Assembly: GCF_018350175.1 (NCBI RefSeq)
Contig: NC_058369.1
Coordinates: 14,696,001-14,760,000 of the forward strand
Direction of reading: 5' to 3'
DNA length: 64,000 bases
DNA from: Felis catus
Lineage: Eukaryota
Under the pieces are notes generated by a model, which saw only the letters and a list, made by a program, of their open reading frames with translations, did not search any database and was not told the DNA's origin. Made by a program: the position numbers and the translations under genes. Each line of letters opens with the position of its first letter. The first letter of the stretch is position 1. Positions 26,250-39,649 of the stretch are shown one piece after another.

Positions 26250-26661
26250 TTTATTAAAAAAAAAACTTTTTTAACGTTTTATTTTTATTTTTGAGACAGA
26301 GAGAGACAGAGCATGAACGGGGGAGGGGCAGAGAGAGAGAGGGAGACACAGAATCGGAAGCAGGCTCCAGGCTCTGAGCCATCAGCCCAGAGCCCGACGC
26401 GGGGCTCGAACTCATGGACCGCGAGATCGTGACCTGAGCTGAAGTCGGACGCTTAACCGACTGAGCCACCCAGGCGCCCCGAAAGTTTACTTATTTATTT
26501 TGAGAGAGGAGGAGAGAGCGTGGGAGAGAGGGAATCCCAAGCAGGTTCCTCCCTATCGGCACAGAGCCCGAGCCGGGGCTTGATCTCACCAACCGTGAGA
26601 TCATGATCGGAGCTGAAATCGAGAGTCGGATGCTCAACTGACAGAGCCACACAGGCGCCCC
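26250..26661 (-). mobile_element. Young SINE inserted in the tail of an older CanSINE
   Basis: aaagtttacttattta is duplicated around the first body. Confidence 0.88.
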
Positions 26662-27621
26662 AGGAATCAGTCACTTCTATATCAAGGCCATGGTCTAGTT
26701 AGAGAATTGTAACCTCTCATGTTCCCTCTTTGCAGGCATAGCCTTCTTGGAGGCTGGGACACGTTAGTACAAATGTTGGAAAGGAACTGATTTTCCTATC
26801 GGTCCCTGACCCGGTGCAATGATCACAGAGACATGGGGTGATGACCGGAGCTCAGAGCCTCGGGCAACTTTCAGATGCATTTAGAAGTCTCAGTCCAAGT
26901 GGAGACACCTTTCTATCTACTGGAAACAAGTTTTTAATTTGGGAGAAAGAGAAAGGCCCTATTGACATGCATATCACAAGATGTTTCATGAATAGAAGTA
27001 GAACTACAGATGAGTTGAAGAGAGAGACATCCCAGGGACAAGGGCTCTATCAACTCGGTCTGTCACCCCCCTCAGAAAGCTCAGTCTTATCTTCTCTCCC
27101 AAATCCCACTCATTGATTGAGCCCATCTAGTGGCGTCTCTGATGTTGTTACTGACCTCTCTTCCCATAGACAATTTTCTCCAGTCCATGCCCTTCTTGTT
27201 CTAAAGTCCACTTGGGCTTCTGAGACTCTTCTGCCACATTAACCCCAGGTTTGTACCCCCAGAAAAGAGCAGAGAGTTTTCAAATGGCCTCGAGGACAAG
27301 CCAGCTGAACCCTGCTTTGGAGGGAGCGACTTGGAGCAGGTAACATCAATCACCCGAGGCCTTCAGGCCTTAGGGTAAAAGCCCAGAACTTGGCGGTGGA
27401 GCAGATCTCTGACAGTGAATGCACCCATTCAACTTTAGACACGAGGAGATTCAGCCCAGAGAGGCCAGGTGACTTGCCCACCGTCACACAGCCTGCACAT
27501 GACCTTGCACCCAGGAGTAAAGTGCCCTCCACACTCCATAGCTCGGTGTGCTTGTCTTCTTCAGCCCCTTTACCTGCTAAAATCAGATTGGCATGAACGT
27601 TGGCTAAGCTCTGGCATGGAG

Positions 27622-27750
27622 AAGTGGTTCTCAAACCGTGCTGCCCCTTAGAATCACTTGGAGAGCTTAAAATAATTCTGATGTCTGGCTGCACACAGAC
27701 CACAACTTCTGGGCCGAGTTCCAGGTGACTGGGGTACTTGAACCGATGCA
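27622..27750. mobile_element. MER5-like hAT MITE
   Basis: agtggttctcaaac...ttagaatcacttggagagctt..aaat..tgatg.ctgg. Confidence 0.6.
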
Positions 27751-28149
27751 CGTGGCTTGACTTGTCTGCCTAGGAGTCGGGAAGGGTGGGAGGCGACAAG
27801 TGGCCTGGAGGGTCCAGTCCCCTTCTGGCGTCCTGTGGGCCTATGTTTCTGGCAGGTGGGAGCAGTGGGGCAGGGGAATTGCCTGGGTCTACTGGCATTT
27901 AGGACTGTTTTCAAGTGGGGCCTGCACCTGCCAGAGAATTTTGATGGTCTACAAATTATTTCTGCATCCAGATGAGCTGGACCAGCCTCTAAGCTCTCTC
28001 AATGTCAACATTTGACAATAAACACCCTCACTGCTTGGCAACAGGGGAAGGGTTACGTTCCTCCAAAGTCCTCCCTGTCCTCTAGGGAATATTCTGAGCG
28101 TGTCTCTGAAGATGCAGACAAATGTCTGCTTTGGGTAAAAAGCCATTGG

Positions 28150-28372
28150 ATGAGGGCTGTCTGGATGGCTCAGTCAGTTAAGCATCTGACTCGACTCTTG
28201 GTTGCGGCTCAGGTCATCTCACGGTTTGTGAGTTCTAGCCCTGAGTTGGGCTCCATGCTGACAGTATGGAGCCTGCCTGGGATTCTCTTTCTCTTCCTCT
28301 CTCTCTGCCACTCCCCTGCTCTTTCTTTCTCCCTCCCTCCCTCTCTCCAAATAAATACATAAATAAACTTTT
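28150..28372 (+). mobile_element. CanSINE with TSD
   Basis: taaaaagccattgg occurs on both flanks. Confidence 0.9.
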
Positions 28373-29266
28373 AAAAAGCCATTGGGTGATTTAAACACAG
28401 GTTTAAAAGTTACTGTTTTGGCAAGGCAGAAAACTGCAGTATTTAAATTAAAAGCCAATGTTATGGTTTTAGTTCCAAATAGACTAAGATTGACTGGTTA
28501 ACTATTTATTGGGGACACTTGTAAGAATAAAAGCTAAGGGTGGGGGGAGCCTGGGCGGTTCAGTCAGTTGAGCCTCCAACTTTGGCTCAGGTCATGATCT
28601 CATGGTTCATGAGTTTGAGCCCCACATTGGGTGAGCTCGAGCCCCGCTCCCAGCTCTGAGCTCTCTCTCCCTCTCTCTCTGAACCTCATTGGATTCTCTC
28701 TCTCTCTCTCTTTCTCTCTCTGCCCCTTGCTCATTCATGCTCTCTAAAAATTGTATGTTCCTTAATTTTACATTCATTATAGTCTAAAACTGGGGCCTAT
28801 CTGTGTATTTCTATGTCTCTCTATGTCGCTTTGGGATGTGTGTCCCTATTTGGTAGATGACAATTCTCTTTCAGCACACATACTTTCTTTCCTTTGGAGA
28901 AGTTATGACATTTGTTCCTACCAATGTAAGCAAAGAAATAATGTTTCGGTGGGTTGGGGCCTCTGTGATGTGCCAAAGAAGAGAGGTAGTTGGCTACGAG
29001 GGCTGGCCCCTGGCTTTCTGGACTCCTGCTTTGCTTGGACACCTGGGAAACCCTCATTCACTCTTTACCAAGTAGCAGGGGACCTAGAGGAGTGGTGGGA
29101 GCAGACCTAGTTGGTGCCCTCCATGCAATTCTCTCCACTTACATCATAAGCATGGGTTACCCTCAAAGATCTCCAAAATTCTGGGCTTTTCTGATTCCTT
29201 CAGTTTTCCTAGGCTTCTTGCCAGGGATGCCACACACTAAATCAGTCTACCAAAAGATTTTATAGA

Positions 29267-29983
29267 GGGGCACCTGGGTGACTCAGTCAGTTGAGCGACT
29301 GACTCTTGGTTTTGGCTCAGGTCATGATCTCGCAGTTTGTGAGATCGAGCCCCATGTTGGGCTCTGGGCTGATAGCGCACAGCCTGCTTGGGATTCTCTC
29401 TCTCCTTCTCTCTCTCTGCCCCTTCCCTGCTCATGCTCTCTCCCTCTTTCTCTCTCTCAAAATAAACATTAAAAAATTAAGGGTGCCTGGGTGGCTCAGT
29501 TGGTTAAGCGTCTGACTTTGGCTCAGGTCATGATCTCACAGTTCATGAGTTCAAGCCCTGCATCGGCTCTGTGTTGACAGCTCAGAGCCTGGAACCTGCT
29601 TTGGATTTTGCGCCTCCTTCTTTCTGTGCCCTCCCCCCACTCATGCTCTCTCTCTCTCTCTCAAAAATAAATAACAATTAAATTAAAAAAATAAACATTA
29701 AAAAATTAAACAAAAGAAATAATTAAACAAAAAACCTTCTTAGTCCCTGAGATTTCTATTGGTGAGAAAATATTTTATTTTTTTAAATTCAATTTTATTT
29801 TAATGTTTTTAAAATTTATTCTTGAGTGGGGGGGGGGGGGGGGGAGACACAGAATCCGAAACAGGCTCCAGGCTCCGAGCTGTCAGCACAGAGCCCGATG
29901 CGGGGCTTGAACTCACACAGAGTGTGAGATCATGACCTGAGCCGAAGCCGGACGCTCAACCGACTGAGCCACCCAGGCGCCCC
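29267..29983. mobile_element. Three CanSINEs (29267-29470 +, 29481-29700 +, 29790-29983 -)
   Basis: SINEC heads and tails. Confidence 0.85.
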
Positions 29984-30189
29984 GGATGCCGGTAACTGTC
30001 AACCAGACTCCTCTGAGCCTGCAGAAACGGCCCATCCGTCCTTGTTAAGAACAAGCGCTATCTTTCCATTCTCTTCCTACAACTAGAACCATTGATCTAG
30101 CCCTTCTTTTTCCTCAAGCCTCGCCCTCTGAGCTACCGGCTCTGGGAAGAAATTGGTAGCCCCAAACGACCCAGCAAAAGAGCCACCCA

Positions 30190-31111
30190 ATTCAGAGGTG
30201 CGGAAGTAGTCAGTATTTGTTAGAGCCGTAAAGTGCGGCTGGCTGTCTCCCTTTCCGGATAACGACAACAGCGCCTATTGTCACTGACGGCTTTCCCCGG
30301 AGTAAGGGGATCTGCCCGACCCTACCTAACTCAATTTTTCCCATTCTGGGCTCTTCCCCATCGTCGCTCTCTTCACCTAGGAACGTGTTCAAGAAATGGG
30401 ATGAAAAAGAAAATGTGTCCAACTGCATCCAGTTGAAAACCTCAATTATTAAGGGTTTTAAGAACCAGTCGATAGGACAATTTCCAGGTAGAGAACCATG
30501 GCTTAATCATATAATGCCTAAGAAAGATCCTGTCAGAATAGTGCGGTGCCATGAACCTAGAGAAATCCTTGCAGTAAATGGATTTAGAGAAACCCTTGCA
30601 GTAAAACTTACTATTTTTTAGACAAAGGGAAGGACCTTTTTATCCAACCCTAAGGTTGCTCCACAAATATCCTTTTAGCCTGGTGCCCCAGCAAGTTGAT
30701 AAAGGAGCCATCACATTTGTACTCAGTCGAGCAAACATTATGTGTCCAGGCTTAACGTCTCCTGGAGCCAAGCTTTACCCTGTTGCGGTACGTACGATCG
30801 TTGCAATCATGGCGGAAGGAAATCAGCATTTTCTGTGTGTGGGAATCATGAAGATATTTGCAGAAGATATTGAGTAAGTCAAGAAAGCAATTAGCATTAA
30901 AAACATCCATTATTTAAGTGACGGTCTGTGGCATATGAGAATATATAAATGAGCCTCAAAAGAAATACACTTGGACAGAATGTGGATAATAGTGCTATAT
31001 CTTGTGTTTTTGTTGGTGTGTGACTGCATGAAGCCAATACTTCTGTGGTTATGCTGAGTAAATTCAGTGGATACTAAAAAAAAAAAGAAAAGAAGAAAAA
31101 AGGAAAAAAAA
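30190..31111 (+). pseudogene. MCTS1: MCTS1 processed pseudogene (coding remnant 30385-30952, poly(A) about 31076-31111; 5' boundary uncertain)
   Basis: (V)[19 protein letters not shown]...[13 protein letters not shown] and LHKYPF...[29 protein letters not shown]. Intronless, with ATG changed to GTG, an internal duplication or frameshift, and a premature stop. Confidence 0.93.
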
Positions 31112-31195
31112 GCCGCATTTGTCATCACCTTGCTTGGAGACCATGCAAACAGCTCTCTCTACAAGACAAGGTCACTTTCCTTAAGACCTGTACCT

Positions 31196-31405
31196 TGGGG
31201 GCGCCTGAGTGGCTCAGTCGGTTAAGCATCTGACTTCGGCTGATGTCATGAGCTCACTGCTTGTGAGTTTGAGCCCCACGTCGGCCTCTACGTCGACACC
31301 TCGGAGCCTGGAACCTGCTTCGGATTCTGTCTCCCTCTGTCTCTGCCCTCTCCTGCTCACACTGTCTCTCTCTCTCAAAAATAAATAAACATTAAAAAAA
31401 TTAAA
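31196..31405 (+). mobile_element. CanSINE
   Basis: SINEC head and tail. Confidence 0.9.
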
Positions 31406-31449
31406 AACAACAACAACCCGTACCTGTCTCCTCTACTAGCCCCCAGGCT

Positions 31450-32370
31450 CTAACTCCCCCAGAAGACCCGCATGACCAACTGGGAGAAGACATGTGGGAG
31501 TGAGTTCTTGGGATGCCTTGACCCCATGGCCAGACCACAAAGATGGGGAGCTCTCCTGAAATCCAAGATGTAACGCCCTGGCAAGTGCCCTGGGAGATGG
31601 TGCGACCTCAATACCTGGATGGCTCCTAGAAGCATGGAGAAGGTTAAGTGAATTGACCCAGGCTAAGTGAATTGACATGTCAGAATGGCCGACAGTGGAG
31701 GCAGTGGGACAAGGTGCCGTATGGAGCTTGTGGCACTTTTCAGAGCAAGGGCCATAATGAAGGCCTCTGGGGTTCTGGAGCCAAAAATGCAGACAGCAAC
31801 TTCCCTGGAGCCTCACCCAGCAGGGGCCCAAGATGACAGTGGTGGAGGAAAACATTCTCAGGTGGGGGATATGCCCGGTCATCCACCTGGCGGAGAAGGC
31901 ACAGTGGACGAGGGTTAGAATTCACATTGACCTACAGCACCGGGGAATGGCCTGGCTGGCCGGTGAGGGGCCTGGAAGGTTGGAGATGAGGAGATGTGAA
32001 GTGGATGGGTGACTGGGAGACGATGTGGATTGCTGTATCATGTTAACTGCCCGCCAGACAGCATCCATCGTGGAAGGGCTAACCGACGAAGACAGCTGAC
32101 GTTGGCCAGCCTCGGTTGTTGGCCACCCCGGGACCGGCACAACTGACACATGAATTAGTGTGGCCAAAAAAATAAATAAATAAATAAAAGTGGCCACCGT
32201 CGTAGAGATGGAGCTTGTCAGCATGGACTGACGACTTGGGAAGGCTGATTTAGCTGCTGTCATCACTGAGGGCCCGCCCTGCCCGTCAGACACCAGTACT
32301 GGGCCACCTGCAAGGCATCATCCCCGAGAACTCCGGCCAGTCGGCCACTTGACAGGAAGTTGAGAGTTTT
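31450..32370 (+). mobile_element. Degenerate ERVL internal (pol RNase H-integrase) fragment
   Basis: aatggcctggctggc...ggggcctggaagg, catgttaactgcccgccagacagcatcca, gtggccacc...agagatggag...cagcatggact...aaggctgatttagct and ccacttgacaggaagttga follow the recalled ERVL pol order. Confidence 0.7.
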
Positions 32371-32826
32371 CAGAGGCATGGGCATCCTGGGTCTGAGTTT
32401 GCTTTCCTCCCTGCAGGTCCTCGGGCAGCACCACTCTCTGGGGCTCCTGGAGCCTCTGGCCCATTAGCATGGGGTGCCACAGAGCACAGCACCAGACCAG
32501 AAGACAACCCCCCCCCCCGCCGTATATTGAAGGAAGTTCAGGAATGTGTTTATGACGGGGGGGGGGGGGCTCCTCTGACTGAGTCACACATGGTACTTCC
32601 AGAGGCTGCCTGGTGGAGGGGGTGTTGGGATGGTCTGCGGAGGGGGTGAAGTCCCAGCTTGGAAGTGTGCTCTGTAAAGATGGGCACAGTCTTCTGATTC
32701 CATAGTAGACGCTCGGTACTGAAAATAGTCTGGATGCTGTCTGCAATTCAGCAATTTGGAAGCTAGAGCAATCTGGTCAGCTTTTCTCTGAACGTCATAA
32801 CAGCATTTAAAGAGTCTCCCTCATCC

Positions 32827-33250
32827 CGCCATGAGAAAGAATGAATTCCTGCCATTTGCAACAATGTGGATGGAACTGGAGGGTATTATGCTGAGTGAAA
32901 TAAGTCAGTCAGAGAAAGACAGATGGCATATGTTTTCACTCATAACGTGGAACTTGAGAAACTTAACAGAAGACCAGAGGGAAAGCGAAGGGGAAAAAAC
33001 AGTTTCTAACAGAGCGGGAGGGAGGCAAACCCTAAGAGACTCTCAAATACAGGGAACAAACTGAGGGTTGATGGAGGGGGTGGGGGAGAGGGGAAAATGG
33101 GAGATGGGCATTGAGGAGGGCACTTGTTGGGATGAGCACTGGGTGCTGTGTGTAAACGATGAATCACGGGAATCTACCCCCAAAACCAAGAGCACATTGT
33201 ACACAGTGTATGTTAGCCAATTTGACAATAAATTATATTAAAAAAAAAAA
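32827..33250 (+). mobile_element. 5'-truncated carnivore L1 3' end with TSD
   Basis: KNEFLPFATMWMELEGIMLSEISQSEKD (ORF2 C-terminus), poly(A), and agtctccctcatcc on both flanks. Confidence 0.93.
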
Positions 33251-33323
33251 GTCTCCCTCATCCGAAATACTGACGCAATGGGTCATACGTTGTTTTGGAG
33301 GGGTGCCTACTGGGGAGGCGTGG

Positions 33324-33326
<3 letters not shown>

Positions 33327-33368
<42 letters not shown>
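33327..33368. repeat. (GT)n microsatellite
   Basis: Perfect GT run. Confidence 0.95.
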
Positions 33369-33373
<5 letters not shown>

Positions 33374-35145
33374 CAGGGAAGAGGCGGGGTTGTAGGTTTC
33401 ATGTTTAGCAGCTATGAAGTCTAGTTCCAGCTACTGCTCTCAAAGACTGCACAGTCAGTTCTGCTGACCTCAGCACAGTGTCCCCTCAAGTCTCAAGGTT
33501 TGGGGGACACAATTCAAGTGAATACATTGCCCTAAGACGTTCTAAATGAGGGAGCCCGAGCCTGAGGCATCGTTAGAAACATCACAGTGTGGGGGTGGGG
33601 GAGCCCCTGGGTGGCTCGGTTGAGTCATGACTTCGGCTCAGGTCATGATCTCACGATCTGTGAGTTCGAGCCCCACATCGGGCTCTGTGCTGACAGCTCA
33701 GAGCTTGGAACCTGCTTCGGAATCTGTGTCTCCCTCTCTCTCTCTGTCCCTCCCCTGTTCGTGCATGCTCTCTCTTTCTCTCTCTCTCAAAAATAAATAA
33801 ACATTAAAAAAAATGAAAAAAAAAAAGGGAACACCACAGTGGGTGCAAACGATACAGTCAGACATCTGTTTAGAAAGGCTCTGGAAATAAGTGGAGACAA
33901 CCTACATGAGGCTGCTTCAGGTCCGCCACCTTTTGAGGATTTGGGGGCAACGACACATGATGGAAACATGCTTTCTGTGTTCAGTTACTGACGACTCTTA
34001 GGACCGTTGCCACTGAATCGTCTCCATGGTGTAGGACAGATGTTTTCAAAATATGTTTCCCCAGGGGCCCTGGAGTAGCTTCACTTTCATCTGCTTCATA
34101 TGAACAGGGGGCAAAGCAGATTTTGTTCCAGGACTAACAACACCCAGAAGCCATGGAGGGAGTGAGGGATGAACACGAAAGAAATGATCAAACCAGTGTC
34201 ATAGTAAAATGATTCTACAGAGAAATGGTGGAAGGAATTCATTGCTTCATGTAGCAGGGCTCCCCTGCTCCCGTGTTACATGTTTGTATAAAAGAAAAGA
34301 TATCTACTTCTAGAATAGATTTTGCAACTCAAAACTTGGATTTTAACAGGCTGGAGAATTTTTTTTTTTTTCCGCAATGTATTGACCCCTAAAAAGATTT
34401 TTTTTTTTTTTTTTTTTTTTTTTGCCTGGAGTAACTTCACTTGAAATTGATGTCTATTTCTGGGAGGGGTGGGAATTAACCAGCACACTCTGGAGTGTAG
34501 ACCATCTTCCCTTTGCAGAGGACTCAAACTGGCCATTCTGATGTAGGAGTGCTATAACGCCAGAATGTAGCCTGCAGAGAAATACATTTTGTTTAAAAAT
34601 AAGAAAAACAACAAAAAAACCTCCCTTCATTGAAATCCTTTTCTGTTTAGTAGAAACTTCCCAGGGCCACAAAGGCTTAGCCTTCGGGGCTGCAAATCAG
34701 ACTCCAATGCTACCAGAGATGGGGAGGCGGGAACTGCCTTCGGGCCTGGGGACAAACCTCTCAGGAGCCCTGAAATTCAGGGAGGGCCCGTCCAAGGAAG
34801 GCAAATTCATTCAGTCAGCACAAATAGTACTATGCATTTTAATCTTTGAAGCTTTAAAAATAATAAATTTAATTTCTTGAAATTTCTGAAGAGGTTATAA
34901 TATATATGCATGTTTCAAGAACCTAAAAATATAAAAAGACATGCTGATGGGCCTCCTACCACTTCACTTTTTGCCCAGGACCCCTAACCTTCATAGTTAG
35001 CCCCTGTGGGTGTTTACGTATATGCAAGTAAATACACGCGCACACACATACACGCATGCATATAGGATATATATATTTCACATACACGCACGCATATAGG
35101 ATATATATATTTCTCCTTCACCCCTCTCCCATTTAAAAGTACAGC

Positions 35146-35500
35146 TCCTGGGTGGCTTAATGGGTTAAGCATCTGACTCTTGATTTCGGCTCAGGTCATG
35201 ATTTCACGATTTGTGAGACTGAGCCCTGAGTTGGGCTCTGCGCGGCAGTGGGGAGGCTGCTTGGGATTCTCTCTCTCCCTCTCTCTCTTTCTCTGCCCCT
35301 CCCTCCTTCTCTCTCTTTCTCTCTCAAAAGAAATAAATAAACATTAAAAAAATACAAAAATGAAACTATATACGGTAGTGGCACCTGGGTGGCTCAGTTG
35401 ATTGAGCATTGGAGTCTTGATTTCCGATTAGATCATGATTCCAGAATCATGGAATTGAGCCCCGTGTTGGGCTCCGTGCTGAGCATAGAGCCTGTTTGAG

Positions 35501-35558
<58 letters not shown>

Positions 35559-35632
35559 AAAAACAGTACAAATGGTAGTATACTAGGCACGGTGTTTTTT
35601 GTTGTTGTTTGTTTGTTTTTAAATGTTTATTT

Positions 35633-35666
<34 letters not shown>

Positions 35667-35841
35667 ACAAGCAGGGGAGGGGCAGAGAAAGCAAGGGAGA
35701 CAGAGAATCCAAGGCAGACTCCAGGCTCCGGGCTCCAAGCTGTCAGCACAGAGCCCGATGCAGGCCTTGAACCCACAAACTGTGAGATCATGACCTGAGC
35801 TGAAGTCTGTCACTTAAGGGACTGAGCCACCCAGGTGCCCC
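35146..35841. mobile_element. Three CanSINEs (two plus, one minus) with (TC)n/(GA)n tracts
   Basis: SINEC bodies at about 35146-35350, 35378-35560 and 35615-35841. Confidence 0.85.
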
Positions 35842-36017
35842 TCTACATCGAGCTTTATGTTGCCTCTCTGTATAAGAAGGAAAACTAAGCTACCATTAAA
35901 TGGATGTCTCTTAGGAGGCAACATATATTTCTAAGCAGTGAAAATATCATGGAGTCTCCTGAGAAAGCAGATGAGGAACCAAAGCATGGATTTCACTAGA
36001 ACGGGGTGGGGGGGGGG

Positions 36018-36235
36018 GGTGGTCAACAAACTTTTTCTGTAAGGATCAGATAGTGAATGTTTTAGGTTTTATGAGCCATATGGTCTCTGTCACAATTTCT
36101 CGACTCTGCCCTTGTAGTATAAAAGCATCCACAGACAAAAAGTAAATGAACGGGCCCGAACTGTTTGAATAAAACCACTTTAAAAATGAACAGTGGGCTA
36201 GATCTGGCCTGTGAGCCATAGATTCCCAACCTTTC
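36018..36235 (+). mobile_element. MER58A-like hAT MITE
   Basis: caaactttttctgtaagg..cagatagt.aat.ttttagg...atggtctctgtc.caa...aataaaac. Confidence 0.75.
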
Positions 36236-36624
36236 TATGAGAGAAGCAATGTGAAATGCTGTGCTGTGTGTTTCATGTAATCAGCTACTACCCAACATGC
36301 ATATCTGTGTTGTACATTTCATATAACTTTGTTGGGGGGGGGAAGCTGAGTGATCAGCAGTTATACTTAATGGAGAGAAGCAATAATTGTATTGTGCATC
36401 GGGTGCTACATGCCCCCTGATGTGGGAAGAAAGGTGTGTTAACAGCTATTTATTTTTCAGAGATAAACTTACCACGTTGTGCTCTGTTTTCTTTATATAG
36501 CCTGCTGAGGGGAATAAAGTTAGGTGCACTACTTTCTCATGTAACATAGATCTTTGTGGATGTGTAATTCTTTCTTTGACCGTCTTGCTCTAATTCCACC
36601 TCCCCTCACCATGGTTATTACTTT

Positions 36625-37282
36625 TCTTTTTTTTACGTTTATTTATTTTTGAGACAGAGAGAGAGCATGAACAGGGGAGGGGCAGAGAGGGAGGGAGACA
36701 CAGAATCCGAAACAGGCTCCAGGCTCTAGGCTTTAGGCTCTGAGCTGTCAGCACAGAGCCCGACGCAGGGCTCGAACTCACAGACCGCGAGATCATGACC
36801 TGAGCCAGAGTCGGATGCTTAACCGACTGAGCCACCCAGGCGCCCCTGGTTATTACTTTTTAATTGTGTACTGAAGTTGGGGGTGTCTCACCATATCTTT
36901 TAATACTTAGTGTCTCAAAAATCTAGCACTGACTGTGTTGTCCTCTTGAGAAGGAGACCTGAGTTACTAGCAAGGGTATCTCACTTAGATGAAATTTACA
37001 TATGTGTATATGTATGTATGTATATGTGTATGTATATATATTAACATATATTTCTATTAATATATATTTCTTAAAATTTTTTTTCAATGTTTATTTTTGA
37101 GAGACAGAGACAGAGTGTGAGCGGGGGAGGGGCAGAAAGAGAAGGAGACACAGAATCTGAAGCAAAATCCAGGCTCTGAGCTGTCAGCACAGAGCCCCTT
37201 GTGGGGCTTGAACTCACGAATCATGAGATCATGGCCTGAGCCTAAGTCGGACACTTAACCGACTGAGCCACCCAGGTGCCCC
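36625..37282 (-). mobile_element. Two CanSINEs (36625-36846, 37075-37282)
   Basis: Reverse SINEC bodies; tggttattactttt flanks the first. Confidence 0.88.
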
Positions 37283-38784
37283 AATATATATTTCTAAATA
37301 GTGTGTTCATTTAACTTGCTTTGGTGAAAAACAAACAAAAGGCCCGAGTTTTCAGTAACTGTATCTCACAGAGAAAGGAAATTCACCTCTGTGGACTCTG
37401 TGTTTCCTGCAACCTGGTTGGACTGAAAAAGCTGAATTAGTTGTAATTTTATCTTTCCTAGAGACAAAACTTTTAGGTGTGTAGACCATACTTTTTAATC
37501 TATTCTCCTTGCAGAAGTGAATCATTTGGGAAAGCATTTGGCTACATATTAAAAAACCCAACTAGGGTGGATGGTCCAAAAGAGGTTAATTTTTATCACT
37601 TAACAAGGTGTCCAGGAGACTCAAAAACCAAGCCCCTTCTTTCCTTTAGTCGTGCCATTCTTATAATGTGGTTACCATCTTCATGCTCGCCCCTCATGGT
37701 TACAAGATGGCTGCTGCATCATCAGCCTCATAATTGTGTCCCGCGAAGGGAGAAGTGCCAAGGACACAAAACATTTTCCAACCAAGTCTGTTCTTTTCAA
37801 TTAGGAAAACAGCAGTGTTCTGGAAGCTCCACTCATAAGCCCTCTATAATTTATCTCTTACACAATAATTTATTGTAATTTATTATAATTTATCTCTTAT
37901 ACAATAATTTATTCTGGACACAGTGCTACCCTGAATAAAAATTTGGTTTAGTTAGTAAGGAAAATGATGACAATGGATACTTTATGGGCACCATGTAGTG
38001 TTTGTCATGATATCTTTGCTAAAACGGTGATCATTGGATCTAAAGTTTGTGTATATAGTTCTGGCCCCTTTAAAGCAATGTAAAGAAAAAGGAGACGATC
38101 TAGACGGGGGCAACTTAAATCATGGAAAGGGGAGGGGATTGTCTGCTGTGACCTTCAAAGGGCACTGGGTTTGGAGCCTGAAGTTCTAGCCTTCTAAGCC
38201 GATTCTTTAACTTACAGTCTGTGTGATATTGGTTGCATCAGACTCTCTTAGCCTGTTTTTCTTGATGGTAAATTGGGCATAGAGTGTTAGAGAGAAAGGG
38301 AGATAGAGACATTGGGTAAGCAACTGTGAATGGTAACAGTGGTTGCATCTTGCATAGAAAAACAAGACATCTTTATGGCATATTCTTCATGTAGTCTCTA
38401 TTGAAGGGTGGTTAAATATGATTTACCAGGAGTTTCTAATTTCCCCAGGGGAAGTAACATTAACCTATTTAGAACATGTGCTGTAGGTAATCTGGAGGAA
38501 GAAAGTTGATTTTCCATGAGTTTTATCTCTCAGATATAAGAAATATACATCTATGTGGAGTAACTACTTCATGAAACTTATTGGAACATAAACTATAACC
38601 ATCTATCCTATCTCCTATAACTCTGGTGATGCTGAACTTGAAACTCTTGTGTTGGTGCTCCTCAAAAATGACATGATTTTGAGTGATCTATTTATGTTTA
38701 GAGATGAGACTCCAGGTGGATCAGTATCAGTAATGAAGGGGGAGTTCCTCAGCTCAAGAAAGAAATCTGATTCTGGTGGCTTAG

Positions 38785-39140
38785 TCAGTCATTCACCAAA
38801 TATCTACTGAGTGCCAAGTGTGTGTCAGCCACTGTTCTAGATGTGGTTAGACAGAGTAAGAGAGAAAAGGTTCCCGTGTTCACAAAGCTTACATCCTATT
38901 GAAGGGGACCACAGTTTGGATAGACTGAGGTGAGTAGATGGGAATATGCCAGCTAGATGATCCTTTTGGATGTTCAAAAACTTGTTTTCTGGATTTAAGC
39001 TATGATAGTCACATTTTTCTCAATTTCTCAAAATGCAATTAATCTGAACTTTACTTTTTGTATTTGATTAATGGATTCAACACATATTTATTGAATACCT
39101 CCTCTGCCAGATACTGCTAAACACTGTGATATGATGGTAA
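38785..39140 (-). mobile_element. L2 3' end fragments
   Basis: cattcaccaaatatctactgagtgcc...cactgttctag and attcaacacatatttattgaatacct. Confidence 0.6.
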
Positions 39141-39649
39141 GTAATAGCTCCACATTAACTGGGTAGAGTTGTACAGAAGATGAATTGGGTTCTTCATAGT
39201 TGCCTGTGAGGGGAATGTTACCTGTGTTTATCTCCCTAATAACGTGTGAAAGTGGACCAGTGTGTGGATTTAGGAAGCCAGCTAGAGCTGGAATTACTCA
39301 TGGGGTGATAATGGAGTGTAAACACTAGTGAAGGTCAAGTAAAGATTTGAACTGGGTCTTGAAGAACCAGTACAAATTGAATGGGGGAGGTAGCAGAGAG
39401 TAAGTAGAAGGGAGGGAGACTATCCCAGAGGGGCAAATCCTGGAATAGAGATCCAGTGTCAGGAACAGACCGGAGATTTCAGGGTGCCAATGGGAAGTCA
39501 TTTATGATAGAAAAGAGAATGTGAATGATAACAGAATAAGAGATATTGCTGGGTGAGGTCAGTGTGTGGGGGCCTAGATTGGGAATCTATTATTCTAACT
39601 AATGGATCATTCGAGGTTCTTAATCAGGGGCTGTTTTTAGCAGATGAAT

